Shown: positions 35,562 through 48,199 of the stretch, one piece after another
How positions within the stretch are numbered: the first letter of the stretch is position 1
Layout: every line of letters begins with the position of its first letter
DNA from: Carcharhinus longimanus
Lineage: Eukaryota
NCBI GenBank assembly: GCA_030264375.1
Contig: JASCQW010000162.1
Span: forward strand, 103,317,332 to 103,381,331
DNA length: 64,000 bases
Direction of reading: 5' to 3'
Notes under the pieces: model-generated
Seen by the model: the letters and a program-made list of their open reading frames with translations, nothing else
Databases searched by the model: none
Told to the model about the DNA's origin: nothing
Made by a program: the position numbers and the translations under genes

Positions 35562-36420
35562 GGGGAAATTTTACGACCTCGCTGTGCCTAAAGTGGATTC
35601 CAGAAAATAGTAAGCAGACCTAAAAATCAGTTCTGCGCCTGGTGATATACAATTTATAACTGCCCTGGTCCTTTTTTATTGGCACAAACCCAATCAACAT
35701 ATTTAAAGTTGCATTTAGAAATGCAAAACCCAATCGACGCAGGATTCTCCTAGCTTCTGACCTTCAAGTGCTGTGCGAGACAGGCAAGAACCACTTCTGG
35801 TCTCCACTCATAGAGACCAGGCACGATGGTCATGCAGGAAGGCTCAGAGACCATTGAAGCTCCTGGGTAGTCGAGAACATGGCTGAGCAGTGCCCATCGG
35901 GCAGTGCCCACCAGGCACTCTGGCAGTGTCCACAGGGTACCCTAGCAGTGCCAGTTTGGCAATGTCAATGTGCTGGGGGAAATCCAAAGGGGATGGGACC
36001 TGAGTGAGAGCAGGGCCTGAGTGGGGACTATGATGGGAACTGTGTAGGGGAGATTGTGCAGGGGGGCTCATGCAGAGTGGAGCATGCGGGGACATGTTGG
36101 GGGTCATGAAGAGAATCCACTGGGAGTAAAGTGGAATAGCCCATGCCAGTGATTCATGTTGGGACAGGGGTGGGGAAACATGCTGCTGATGAGGGAGGGG
36201 TTCCGGATGTACGTGGAGAGAAGACGTCTCCCAGTGCACTAGGAGGTCAGGATGCCCTTCTAAAAAGGCACCCGAGCACTTTGCAGCCAGGCTTACCATT
36301 TGTGTTTTGGCCCCAACCCCCCAGAAACATGCACACAATTCATTGCTCTCCCAAAAAATAACTGAGTGTGGGATGATTGCAGTCTGGAGTGTGCCTGCCA
36401 GACCGGTATTCTCAACGTTA
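35562..36420. mobile_element. GC-rich Harbinger-like non-autonomous element
   Basis: ggggaaattttac start; gcagtgccca/gggcac motifs shared with 33700-33800 and 44330-44450. Confidence 0.55.
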
Positions 36421-36429
36421 TGACACTTA

Positions 36430-36565
36430 GGGCAGAATTTGACTACTGTTCACGCCAGTGGGATTTTCTGGTCCCATTGCAGTAAATGGAGATTTGACTA
36501 CACACCAAATTCTCTGTCCTCACTGCAGCAGCAACGGGGCGTGAATGGCTGGTAAGATTGTGCCC
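36430..36565. mobile_element. MITE with TTA target-site duplication (PIF/Harbinger signature)
   Basis: tta|gggcagaattt ... agattgtgccc|tta. Confidence 0.8.
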
Positions 36566-36739
36566 TTAACTTTTCTTCGGGATAGCTCTGCCCAGAGTTA
36601 ATATTTCGAGTCCAAAATGACCCTGAAGAAGGCATATTGGACTCAAAACATTGACCAAATATCCAATCTGGGTCACAATGGATCTTTTGCATAATCAGTT
36701 CCTCAGAATACATACTCCGATGCACAGGCTGCTAAAGAA

Positions 36740-37240
36740 TATACATTTATCTTGCCATTTTCATGAACTCAGGATATCTGAAATTGCTTTGCACTAAGTT
36801 AATACTATTTGAATTGTACTCACTGTAATCGTGGAAGCAACGCACATTTGAAATGTATTTTTCCAGTGCATACCTTAAGCTTGTTTCAATGGCAACTTGC
36901 TTTCACTTTCTAACTCCTGGTCTTCTGATGAATTGCCTGCTCTAATCAACAAGCAGTGGCAGCCCGCATCATGGTTGCCATCTGCCTTTGTCACTAGCAT
37001 CAGGCAGGCAGCTCCCACCATCTGGAAGCACTCAACACTTCTAATTGGCTGCCAAGCTTATCTCCTGACCAATTAGGCCATTTAAATTTTAAAACAGCGT
37101 CACAATATCAACCCATTTCGGGCTCGGAGTTGGAACCCAGAATTGATCTATGTCACTGCATTGAAAATTCAGCGGAGTCTCTGAAGTGGGACCTTAGCCC
37201 ACAATTTATTAAATTCAGAGGTCTCTTTGCTAACAACAAA
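36740..37240 (-). mobile_element. Degenerate SacSINE1-like SINE pieces
   Basis: Reverse tail catttatcttgccattttcatgaactcaggat; reverse head gtctctgaagtgggaccttagcccacaa. Confidence 0.55.
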
Positions 37241-37309
37241 CACTTCTAGCGTACTGAAAAGGGTGCTCTCTTTCCTGGGCCTCATTCCAATTGGTACAGA
37301 TACAATTAC

Positions 37310-37682
37310 TTGAGGGCAACCTGATAGAGGTTTACAAGATTATGAGTGGCATGGGGAGAATGGACAGTCAGATGCTCTTTCCTAGGATGGAAAAGAGAAG
37401 TGCCAGGTTTAAGGTGCGTGGGGAAAAGTTTAGAGGAGATGTGTGAGGCAAACCTTTTTATACAGAGGGTGGTGAATGTCTGGAATGCATTGCTCACATA
37501 GGTGGTAGGTGCAGGTACGATAGCGGCATTTAAGAAGCATCTAGACAAATGAATGAATATGGTGGGAATGGAAGGATATGGACACTAAGTACATACAGTT
37601 TTAGCTTAGGCAGGTATCATGATTGGCGCAGGCTTGGAGACTGAAGGGTCTGTTCCTGTGCTGTACTGTTCTTTGTTTGTTC
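37310..37682 (+). mobile_element. CR1 (HER1-like) LINE 3' end
   Basis: LRATLIEVYKIM-like start; tail ctgaagggtctgttcctgtgctgtactgttctttgtt. Confidence 0.9.
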
Positions 37683-38509
37683 TTTATACTTTCAGTTGTG
37701 ATTTTTATTTTTCTTGCAGTGTTTAACCTCCAACACCAGCAGAGACCAAGATCAGTGCCATTCAGCATTGTGATTTAAAATTCTTGCCAAAAGGGGCCAC
37801 AAAATATTGTCGAACTGGTAATTTTGCTATCAATGAGGTTACTAACAGTACTATGAAGAATAAATACAACTAAGCAGACATTAAAGATCATAGTCATATG
37901 GTAAGTGCTGAGTCCAGTCTTCTTTCAGCATTTCCTCAAGGTAATTCAATATCTCAACTGAGCAAGTATGTCTTCCATTTTTCTTCTTTCAACATGTAAC
38001 GTCTTGCACTTAGAGTAACACCTTGCATTTATCTTTGTTATCCCTCTAGGCTACTTGGAATCGTTGAGACCAATGAAGGGTAGATTAACCTATGTTTCTG
38101 CCTTCTTCAGTCAAGTAACCATTCAGAATTTCTCACTTCTTCAACTGACATCAAGAACTAACTAAGGGAGAAGTCTGAGGACAGAACCTACATCCGACAG
38201 CTTTGTTGTAATAAATCAATTCTTTGGTGTGCTATGCTACAGAATCACTGAAATAAGAATTTAAGTTGTTCAAATAAAAAGGGATTGTGCACAGGCCTAT
38301 AACCCCAAAGCATAAATTGTTTCTTCCTCTTTTGCCTCATGACATAAATACTTCTACAACACCAAATAATAAAATTTGTTCCATTGTGCAACTTACGTCG
38401 CATTTAATTTTATACAAGCAATCTTATGATTTATTCTACACATTTAGCTGATTTTTAAAATCTTCAATGTACTTTTGTCAAACATTAGTGCTCATTTCAT
38501 AAAAACCTT

Positions 38510-38710
38510 GGGTGGCGTAATCCCCTCCTCCCCCAGCGTAGCGTGTTTTGTGGCAGTGGAAGCAGACCACGTTTGGCCAGAAGTGGGATCTTCCAGTCAA
38601 GCTAATGTCAATGGCTTGCACCCTCCGCTGTTGGACAGCCCACAGCAAGGGGTCGCCATTGGCAGGACCAGAAGATTCCAAAGCCAGGAAGGACTCGAAA
38701 ACTTTGGACT
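38510..38710. mobile_element. MITE (Harbinger-like)
   Basis: gtgggatcttccagtc ... ggaccagaagattcc internal palindrome shared with the other copies. Confidence 0.6.
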
Positions 38711-39239
38711 TCTTTCAAAGAAATGTTACCTTTGATTTAAATAACGTCTTCACGAGGGACATGCCTACATAGTAAACGAAAACTGGGATTATGGTACTGT
38801 GAATGGAAGATTGTTAATGGTTGTACAAGTTGTCAGAAGGTAGAAGTTGATGACAAGTGTTCTGGCGCAATGGCTAGTCTATTCATGATTGCGAACTTGA
38901 CTACTAGCTGATATAGCCAACCACCAGTTATAGCAATTCCATAACAATTATTCAAGCATCCTTGAGAGTGTGCTCGCAGTTAATTAGTCGAAGTAAATTT
39001 AATTGCTAATTTTCTAATTATTTCATTATTCCCACAGAAAATGGGATGGAAATGTATTATTGTGTAATTAGATATATTCTACTTTATCTCTTCTTACTGA
39101 TTATGTTTTGAGCCAAAAGAAATTGATATTTTTGCAGCAAAAATATCTGACTTTGAATTCTTTATTATATCAAATCAATATAAGAATTCAGCAAAATTAA
39201 AAATAAGAGACTTTATACTCCATGATACTATAAACAAAG

Positions 39240-39365
39240 AGTTACCACTTTGCAACAATGGCTACACTTTTTTTTATTTAACAGTGGCTATGACGATATT
39301 TAATTGACTGCAAAGCAATTTGGAACATCCTGAGGTTGAGAAACGCAATGTAAATACCAGCCTTC
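39240..39365 (+). mobile_element. Deu-SINE/L2-type 3' tail fragment
   Basis: taattgactgcaaagcaatttggaacatcctgaggttgagaaacgcaatgtaaatac. Confidence 0.55.
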
Positions 39366-40269
39366 TTAACCTATTGGTATAAAAAAATCAAATTACTTGT
39401 GCAGGACATTTTGAATTGGACTGGCCCAACTATACTGAGTGGTAATACAGATTTCACCTATATTCATGCTTTAACACACTACAAAAATATCAAGCAGACT
39501 AATAGACTTCTGCATTACTGGAGTGTGCTCAACCACAAATACAGGGTGAAGCAAGTCTGGAATTTAAAGGACAGGCAGAAAATTTGATCAGGCAAGGATC
39601 TAGTGAGAAGGGAGATAGCAAGTTGCAAAGCACAAAGATACACAAGGTACTTTGAGGAAGGTTGATGGAATTATTTCAGTTGTTGGAACAGAATTTTCTG
39701 CAGCAGGACATCGAACAACTTCTGCTAGTAATTCGAGTTTTTGTTGCACTCTTCAGCTCAAAAATATTTTGCCCGCAAAGTTGCTGAAAGTGCTGATAAA
39801 GACACAGCAAAGAAAACAGGGCATCAAGAGACCGGACAGAAAAGGGCAACCAATGAGATTGAAAGATTGAGAAATAATTAGCAGAAGGGCTGAGGTGGAT
39901 CAATTAAAAGCTGTGAATTCAAGGTCAAATCGGATACAGAAAAATAAATAAAGATAGGGAGACATTCTGGATTGAGGGGGGGGACAAAGCAAAAAGTGTT
40001 TTATTTAAAATCTGACATCCCTTAAAATTCAAATCCTGAAAGATTGTGACTCCACACTGTTTTCAGTGCTGGCGAGGTTGGTAGTAGTCAGCACTGATTA
40101 TTAGCCCTAAGTATCTGCAGTGGGTTTAGTCTGTATCCATCATGCAAATACAGCCACCTCATGACCACTGGTGAGGCAGACAACAAAATGCTGTTTTTTG
40201 CAAAGCTATGATGGAGCAGTTCAAATCAGAGTGACTTTTAGATATTGGCATTTAACTGTACATCTGTTC

Positions 40270-40357
40270 CTTGGCTGAATTTGCTGTACAATTTACATAT
40301 GAATAACCACTAGTGCCATTAACTTTACTGCTATTTTGACAGCAAATTTGGCCCAAT
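40270..40357. mobile_element. Short palindromic MITE
   Basis: ttggctgaatttgctgt ... acagcaaatttggcccaa. Confidence 0.6.
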
Positions 40358-41139
40358 GTCATATATGCCATCTGCATTTTTCAAGCAACTGGTAGAGACT
40401 TGCCTTGCTTGTGTGATACTACTCGAATAGACTCACTGGATGAGACTCATTAGCAGCCGTTGTTTGGGTGCTATGACTGTCTTCAGNNNNNNNNNNNNNN
40501 NNNNNNNNNNNNNNNNNNNNNNNNNNNNNNNNNNNNNNNNNNNNNNNNNNNNNNNNNNNNNNNNNNNNNNNNNNNNNNNNNNNNNNTTGGGTGCTATGAC
40601 TGTCTTCAGAGCTCCAAAATTTAATCAACAGCATGCACACACACTTGTGGGACAAATCTCGCTGGGTGCCAAATTGGTAACAGCATTAGCACTCACACAA
40701 TGAATATCCATTGGAAGTATGCAAAGTAGCCAGATCATGACATCAATCAGCTTGCAATGCTGATTTGACAGCAATGGTGGCTTTTTGGAGCTCAGTATCC
40801 CAGCTGACTGCCTCTTAACTTTGATCAACTGAACACATGTTCACCAGTGCTTTTTAAAGGGTTAAAGAGTTGATTAATTATTTACAGAATAATTGGTGGT
40901 TGATTTCATCTTGCTGCAGCCATGATTCGATACATGTTCAAAGCTTTCCATATATGTTTCAAATTGCAGAAGTGTCCAGGAAGTTGAGTGGCAGGTGCTG
41001 ACAGACTTTTTCCTGACTTGGGTATATTAGCGATTATAGCGTGACTTGGAGAATGAACATGAAAGAAAGACAAGCGGCTGGAAGGGGGGGAAGAGATAGG
41101 GAAGGAGGGAGATGAGAAGGGCCGTCAGTGGGAAGTCTT

Positions 41140-41970
41140 ATGTACACGGGTCTTCAGAGAGCAATTCTTCTATTTGAATCACAGCAAAGAACAATGCATG
41201 AGATATCTATTCTTCAGTAAGGATACCCTCTCTGAAATCCACCACCTGCTATAGCCACTACTGCAACCTCTGTGCAGGGCAAGTACCACATTACCAGTAG
41301 CTGCAAAGGTGGCTATCATGATGAGCTTTTATACATCTGGCTGGCGCTGGAGATATTTACTACATTATGCATTTTGCCAATGTTGTTTAAGAGAGGGCAC
41401 CGAGGCTCTCTCTTCAATGCAAGCTAACTATATTTCATTTTCTCAAGCCATAAGAACATAAGAAATGGGAGCAGGAGTAGGCCATCTAGCCCTTTAAGCC
41501 TGCCCCGCTGTTCAATAAGATCATGGCTGATCTGAAGTGGATCAGTTCCACTTTCCCGCTTTCTCCCCATAACNNNNNNNNNNNNNNNNNNNNNNNNNNN
41601 NNNNNNNNNNNNNNNNNNNNNNNNNNNNNNNNNNNNNNNNNNNNNNNNNNNNNNNNNNNNNNNNNNNNNNNNNCATAACCCTTAATTCCCTTGTCTGTCA
41701 AAAACCTATCTACCCGTGACTTAAATATATTTAGCGAGGTAGCCTCCACCGCTTCAATGGGCAGAGAATTCCAGAGATTCACCACCCTTTGAGTGAAGAA
41801 GTTCGTCCTCAACTCTGAGGATACCACAAGTCAACTCTATCCTATATCAGAGCTGAAAGGGATTCCACTCCCTCAACATGTAGTTGATGTATGAGCAAAA
41901 ACAGTGAATCATACAAGTCAATGCCTGGTATTCTAGCAGCAGCCATGCCTTCAGTCTGCAGCAATCTGCA
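41140..41970 (+). pseudogene. PIF/Harbinger (HARBI1-like) transposase relic, interrupted by CR1
   Basis: RVFREQFFYLNHSKEQCMR; TLPVAAKVAIMMSF..TSG; LREGTEALSSMQANYISF; KGFHSLNM; AWYSSSSHAFSLQQS resemble Harbinger transposase motifs (LPVAVKV, KGFHSLNVQ, ARYPGSSHDAFIL). Confidence 0.75.
41451..41816 (-). mobile_element. Young CR1 LINE 3' end
   Basis: ELRTNFFTQRVVNLWNSLPIEAVEATSLNIFKSRVDRFL; reverse tail cataagaacataagaaat. Confidence 0.92.
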
Positions 41971-43650
41971 GCAAGGTCTCTGGCCTCACTACATGGTTCA
42001 TGACTCTGATACACAGTTCTCAAATGTGTTCAGTTTGCATACATTGAAAGCTAGGCTGTCCCACAAAATGTGATACAGCAGACCGACAGTGTCCAGATGT
42101 GAATGGTCTCACTTCAACATGGAGAGCAGCAATGTGCATAGCTGGTTGACAGACAACAATAAGGACATCAACAAAGTGGAAGGAACCAAAGAACAAATGC
42201 TGTCTTCCTGAGCAAACCTTCCTGAGGTTTGTATTCCAAGAAGCCACTGCCATCCAACCACAACAGCACCCCAGCAATCCTCATCATCTTTTGGAAGGAA
42301 GATCATTGGACATGAAGTGACATCCTGTATAGTCCCTTCAAATAGTGTAATCCACAACGATAATGGTGGCAGTCTGATCTTTCAATGTAGTACTCAGACA
42401 CTAGATGGCTGTTGCTTGTACTACAATGGAAGCTGCAGCAATGGCTAGCAGAAGTTGCATCAGGGTTGAGTCTGCAGGTGTGTGAATACATCGGCTAATA
42501 ATTCCATGCTGGAATGGATGGAAAAAGTCCCATGCCAGGTTGATCCCAGACTCATCTATGTTCCATGACATTGAACACAAGCTTATGGCAGGGTTCCCAG
42601 TGCACCAAGCATTTTGTTGTACTTCCTCCAGAGTTTTTCTCTAGGCTTCCCCAATGAACTGCTCACCTGAGCTCTCTGCAGTGGAACCTCTGTGTGACCT
42701 TAGCACTATGGTAAGCTGGAACCTGCATTATCCAGATTCCTTCCCAGGTTTCAGCCCACTCATGGGCTGTGTCTCACTACATGTAGATCCTGCATCTAAT
42801 TTATCCTCTCAGATATGCTCAGTGCATGTATCTGAGCTGGTCATTTCTTCCCGATGTTCCACCATTGTCTGGCCTGATTGGACTCTTAGATCACTGAGAA
42901 AAATGGCACAAGGGTGACTTGTGTTGTGAGGCTATGAGGAACAGTGGTAGAGGTAAGAGCGGCAGACTTAAACTAAATGCAGTTTGTAAATCAGAAGAAA
43001 TAGTGGGATGAGAAGGAAATAGTGTGAGAAAGCGGATTAGGTATGAGGATACTCTCCTTTTCAATGGTTTCAGCTCAGTCACTGGCCAGAGCAATAAGAG
43101 CAATAACCATCCCAATAATGGCCCACCAGCTGCAGGACTCAGAGGCGAGACAGAAAATTCAGTGGACCATTTAAAGGTATGTTGAGCAATGGCGGGGATT
43201 TCCAGTCTTGGGTTGCATGTGGCCAGAAAATCCCACCCACTGTTTCATCTGAGTGCTTTGGATATGAATTACAGGAGCACTTTTAACTTAACTGGGCCCT
43301 GATTGAACAAAACAGTGAGTATCATGTCTTTATTTCCCAGGAGTTGGTTCATGTGGTCAACCAGTCCGGTCTCCAAGAATTTATCCCCCAGTAATCTTCA
43401 CCTGATTCACACTGTACCCTGTGCTTATGTAGCATATACCTCTGTGGTCCTGGCCAAATGTTCAACCTCACTTGCTTGCAGGATTCAGGCTAAAAGTCAA
43501 TGCAAAGCAGTTAAGCTGTTCCACACTTGCACATGTATTGTCATTTCATCATTGTTGCTGAGCCAACGTCTTGGACTTCCCTATTTAATACCATCATAGC
43601 ACTATGGTCAGAATAAGGACTGCAGAAACTCAACCTTCTTTGGGAAACTA

Positions 43651-44733
43651 GGGGGCAATCTTACCAAAAAAAGCTCTAGGTGCTGCACGTGTGAAAATGG
43701 GAGAGTTTCAGATCTGAGGCCACAAATGAAATCTTACGTCACTTGGTGCAGAAAATGATGCAGGATCTGATTCTTGCCAATAGAGGGAGTGGACAGAGTC
43801 CATTCTCGCCAGAAAGCCACTAGAGGGTGCGATGTGCAACGGAATAGAGAGATCTGTCAGTCACCACATGGATATCACCCATTCAAACCACCACTACCAC
43901 CAAGCCCCCTCCCCCCGCAGATGTTTGGCCAAATGCTCTCCCAATTGGATACTGTTGCCCCAAAAACCCCTGGTGCTTCTGACATTCGCATCCACCACCC
44001 CCCCCACCACCACCACCAGTCAATCACCTACCCCCTTCCCCGAGTCTGGATGATCACTGCCCCACCACACCACCACCACCACCAGTCAATCACCTACCCC
44101 TTCCCCGAGTCTGGTTGATCACTGCCCCAAACCAGCCAATAACCGATTGCTGCAGAATGCATGTCTCCACCCCCCAGCCAATCGATGAGTGTCTCCCTCC
44201 CCAGCCGATCGCTGATTGCAGAGTGTGCAACTCCACCACCAACAACCCCCTCCCCAGCAGTCAATTGACAACTGCAGAATACACAGTTTCTTGAGCTGCA
44301 TGCCTTCTCTTATGCCCTGCTCATCACAGCAGTGCCAGGATGTCTGGAGGTCAGTAACAAGGTAGTGCCAGGGTCCCAAGATGGCAGTGCCAGGATCTCA
44401 GGCTGGCAGTGCCATGCTGACAACCCCCCTGTCCTGACCACCCGGGGCACCTCACTGGTCTCCAGTCCTACCTGTGAGGCCAGCATGTCAAGTCCCCAAT
44501 GATGGGGACCTTACATGATCCTCGCCAGTGGGGACTTTCACCGGCATGGCCGTTAAGACAAGTAAGCCCGGACAATTAAAATTTAAATATTAAAATCAGC
44601 CTCACACCTGGAAAGGGCACAAGTAATGACCACACAGGTAAGATCACGAGAGCGAGAAATCTTTCATTTCTCGCATGATTTTACCGGCTCGCCCCGCCAT
44701 CAACTGACACGATGAGCCAGTAAGATCGCCCCC
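43651..44733. mobile_element. Harbinger-like non-autonomous transposon
   Basis: TIRs gggggcaatcttac ... gtaagatcgccccc. Confidence 0.75.
43992..44128 (+). repeat. Two-copy tandem repeat (~65-70-bp unit) inside the transposon
   Basis: caccaccaccaccagtcaatcacctaccccttccccgagtctgg.tgatcactgcccc occurs twice. Confidence 0.9.
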
Positions 44734-45184
44734 TAAGAATGGGCGAGATATAAAATCTTGTTGACAGTCCCAAGCATAAGTGTTTTAAAAATACAGTGTA
44801 ATATAATGAACTTTAGCTTAGTTATTTGCTTTTAATCAGTGGCTTTTATGGCAGGCCCTTTTTTATTCAAGGTTATATTTCTGTTTTTTTATAAATTATT
44901 AGCTTTTTAAAGCTGTTTTTATCAGCTTTTCTGGGCTGTGTGTATTGATTCTTTAAAAAATGATAATTTTAAGTTACATTTACAGCTGCTGGCTTAGAGT
45001 TGACATTTACAGCTATTGGCAACAGTGATGCTTAAAATTAGAAGCCATAACTTCAACATTTCAACAACAATACAAATACAATTTTAGGGATCCAAACATT
45101 GATGCTCCAAAATGACATACTTGAAAGTGGCAAAAAAATTGATGGACTTCATTGTTCTCTAGCTTACTACTGTAGTATTTTTAG

Positions 45185-45535
45185 GGGGAAGATGTTGGTG
45201 TAGTGGTAATATCAATGGAACAGTAATCCACAGATCCAGGTTAACACACTCAGAACATGATGAGAAATCCAACCACAGCAGCTGATAGAACTTAATAAAT
45301 TAAAACATGGAATTGAAAGCTTGGCTCAGTTTCATTGACACTCTTACTATCATTCATTGTTGTTAAAAACCTTCCTAGTTCACTAATGCCCTTCAGGGCA
45401 TTCTTACCTGGATTGCCTGTACATGACTCCAGATCCATTATAATGACTGCCCAGCAGACCATTCAGTTCAAGGGAAATTAGGGTTGGGCAGCAAATGCTG
45501 TTTTTGCTAGTGGTGCCCACATTCAATGAAAAAAT
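45185..45535 (+). mobile_element. tRNA-derived SINE (second family), older copy
   Basis: Collinear with 14287-14640 (gttcactaatgcccttcaggg, cttacctgg...acatgactccaga, gggcagcaaatgctg). Confidence 0.8.
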
Positions 45536-45549
45536 TAATTGTATGTCTC

Positions 45550-45812
45550 AGTTTATATGTTAGTGTGACAATTAGGCTTATGTTAATAATGCAATGAAGT
45601 TACTGTGAAAATCCCCTAGTCGTCACACTCCAGCACCTGTTCGGGTACACAGGAGAATTTAGCATGGCCAACGCACCTAACCAGCACGCCTTTTGGACTG
45701 TGGGAGGAAATCCACGCAGACATGCGGAGAACGTGCAGACTCTGCAGAGACAGCGACCCAAGTCAGAAATTGAACCTGGGTCCCTGGTGCTAACTGCTGT
45801 GCCACCATGTCC
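45550..45812 (-). mobile_element. V-SINE variant
   Basis: Reverse complement of the 6222-6490 type (gcaatgaagttactgtgaaaatcccctagtcg...ggactgtgggaggaaa...tgaacctgggtccctgg). Confidence 0.88.
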
Positions 45813-46220
45813 ATTGCTTCCCTTCTAATGTTACATAGTACACATGTTTATTCATGACATTGAAAGAGATTTCAGGCTTCACTGTGTTAATCTCTGGTCA
45901 ACCAGCTGGTGAAGGACAGTGCTAGACACAATCTTTATTCAGGCCCACAGTTATTTACAGACTTAAACATCGCACGCATAACCTCCTAACGCAACCAATG
46001 TGTTGCTTTATATGTGCTTAAGTTTTAAACCCAGTTAATGTCCACCATCTGAATACAATTAAACACAATTAATATGAAATAGATATGGTGTCGACTGTGA
46101 AAAATAGCAAGCATGGCTGAGCAAAAATTAAGAGGGAACATTGCCTGCTAATAAATACTGATATTTACATTGCAAACGAACACAGGCAGATCTCTGTCCA
46201 TGGGGGTGGGGGTTACTTAC

Positions 46221-46405
46221 CAAGTTGTTATCATTCTTTTTGGTGAAAGCTTGCTCTTTCTCCCCCTCATCTTTTGTCCAGCTGTAGGAGATCAAATAGT
46301 TCATAATGGGAGGATGGTAGATGATTTCTGGCCTATTCCATGTGACGAGTAATGCAGATCTGTTCACTGGCTGCACAGTCATGTTCACTGGTGGGCTGCT
46401 GCATA
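46221..46405 (-). CDS. PTPRG: PTPRG FN3 domain, first exon (185 nt, phase 1 to 0)
   Basis: tttttgcctttcag|TA TGC...AAC TTG|gtaagt gives (V)CSSPPVNMTVQPVNRSALLVTWNRPEIIYHPPIMNYLISYSWTKDEGEKEQAFTKKNDNNL; YHPPIMNY.ISYSWTK points to PTPRG rather than PTPRZ1. Confidence 0.96.
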
Positions 46406-47819
46406 CTGAAAGGCAAAAATAAAATGTAACCCTGTTGGATCATAGCCAGATACTCAAAGTCCCAGAGCCCCAGCTTCACTTGCTTTCAGGGGAAAAGAAA
46501 TACATGCAGTTCATAACACTGACATACCTGACATGGAGCTTTCAGAATGGATTACATTAACCTTGTTAAAATCCTACAGCTAAATATTTTTCATCATTTA
46601 TAATAGCTAACAATTTTGTGCTAAGTAGGAGGAAAGGAAATAATATTAAAACACCCACATTAGAATAAAGTGCTTACTGCATGCTCTGCATAAGAATATA
46701 GACATTTGAAGACCACAATTTCATATGTCAAAGTGAGGGTGGAGTGTATTGACTAGATTTGCTGAAAACTACTTTATTTCTATATTGTAATGTGGTGCAG
46801 AAATAGTAACATTCTCTGGGGGTCAAATACAAATTTTCATAATGAATTATTAATTCACTTTGGGAGGTAGGAGTTAATTGGAAGAGATCTTCATATTATA
46901 AAATAACTGGCCTAGATTGTCCAATTTAACAGCCACGTGACTATTTTTACTTTGAGTAAAGCACAAAACTAAACAATCATTAAACATTTAATGTAGTAAC
47001 TATGACAATTAGCACCTTTCATACACTGAACAACATGTGTTTTGCTCCAGAGTTTTGAAAAAAAAGTTTAAGAAAGGAAGACTGCAGGCTTATTAAAAAT
47101 CCTCATTATGAGTGGAACTCATGACCTAACGACAAGCATTCAAATTATTGCATCAAAAACAATTTAAATGTGTAGCAATGTTGCATGTCTGATGGATGAA
47201 AGATCTGCATTATAAATCCATTTTAACTAAGTTAATGGAAATTAGACAATCTGTATATTCCAATGAACCATTGGTTATGATGATGTGATTGTATTAAAAA
47301 GGTAGATTCTCTTTCGTCCCCTTGCCAGATCATCATACTTATTAGTCTTTCATCAAAGTTCCAGGCAAATAACCAGTGCTTCAGCTGTTGGCAAAATTAA
47401 CATACTGCTGAGGATCTGAGTTCGTTTTTTTCTAATTTGTTTCTGCCTTATAAGCAATTAAATGACTCCCTCCAAATTGAAATTGGTACCTGCAACGAAG
47501 GAATCATTAGGTATCAATTTGTGCCCTGCTGCTTCATGTTCTTCAAGTTCTGGAAACTCCTTTCATCAACTAGCATGTATAAAACTACTTTCTGGTTTTC
47601 TTAAACTGACAAGCAAAACAGTTTGACTGCTTTGAACTGAGATCATCCCAGCTTCATTTCTCTGTCTGCTTGCAGCGCTACCAAAAAGAGCTCTTTGTCT
47701 CTCTGAAAGGAATTTATTATTCCCTTGTGGATAAGGGATGTGGAGAGATGCGTTTTAAAATAAAGTTGATGCAACAGCAAGTTCAAAATGTGTCTTTTGC
47801 AAATCAGCACATTGACACA

Positions 47820-47950
47820 GAGGGTGAAGTTTTAAGGCCTGGCTGATCCCGAAACCGTAAAATCCCAACCCAAGGTCAACGGACCTTCCCATGCCCCACG
47901 CCTCGCCTGCTCTGATTCCTGTGGCAGGTGGGCTGGTAAAATTCTGGCCA
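47820..47950. mobile_element. MITE
   Basis: gggtgaagtttta ... taaaattctggcc; shares cctcgcctgctc.ga.tcc.gtggcagg with 7510-7620. Confidence 0.65.
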
Positions 47951-48199
47951 CAGAAGCAAAGGACCATCAAACCAGCAAATACCCAATGTCAAATAAAAAT
48001 GGAAAATACAAGTAGCTCATAACATCTGTAAGGAGAAAAGCCAAGTTAACACTTCTGATGTAGAACCTTCACCTGAACTCCAAAATTCTCCGTAGGCCAC
48101 TGGAGGGAAACAATAGAACTTGTAATCATAAAATAAATTAATAGTTAATTGACTGCCAAATGTTTATTAGAAACATAGAGAGTTGTTAGAAGAAGTAAT

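Larger units (their letters stand above)
35465..36655. mobile_element. Penelope-like palindromic terminal fragment (35465-35541 and 36593-36655) interrupted by Harbinger-like elements
   Basis: gatctgaaataaaaacag..tgctg.aaaa.ctcagc..tctggca...ggaga..aaacaga continues as agagttaatatttcgagtcc...ctgaagaagg.catattggactcaaaacattgac, an inverted and decayed hammerhead-like unit. Confidence 0.6.

Noticed and set aside
40464-40608. Identical short sequences on both sides of 100-N gaps (also 41567/41674 and 55732/55843)
   Set aside because: Most likely contig overlaps or collapsed repeats at scaffold gaps
43774-44118. Pro/His-rich ORF with repeated HHHHQSITYP
   Set aside because: Translation of a two-copy tandem repeat inside a non-autonomous transposon; not a CRISPR-like array or a gene
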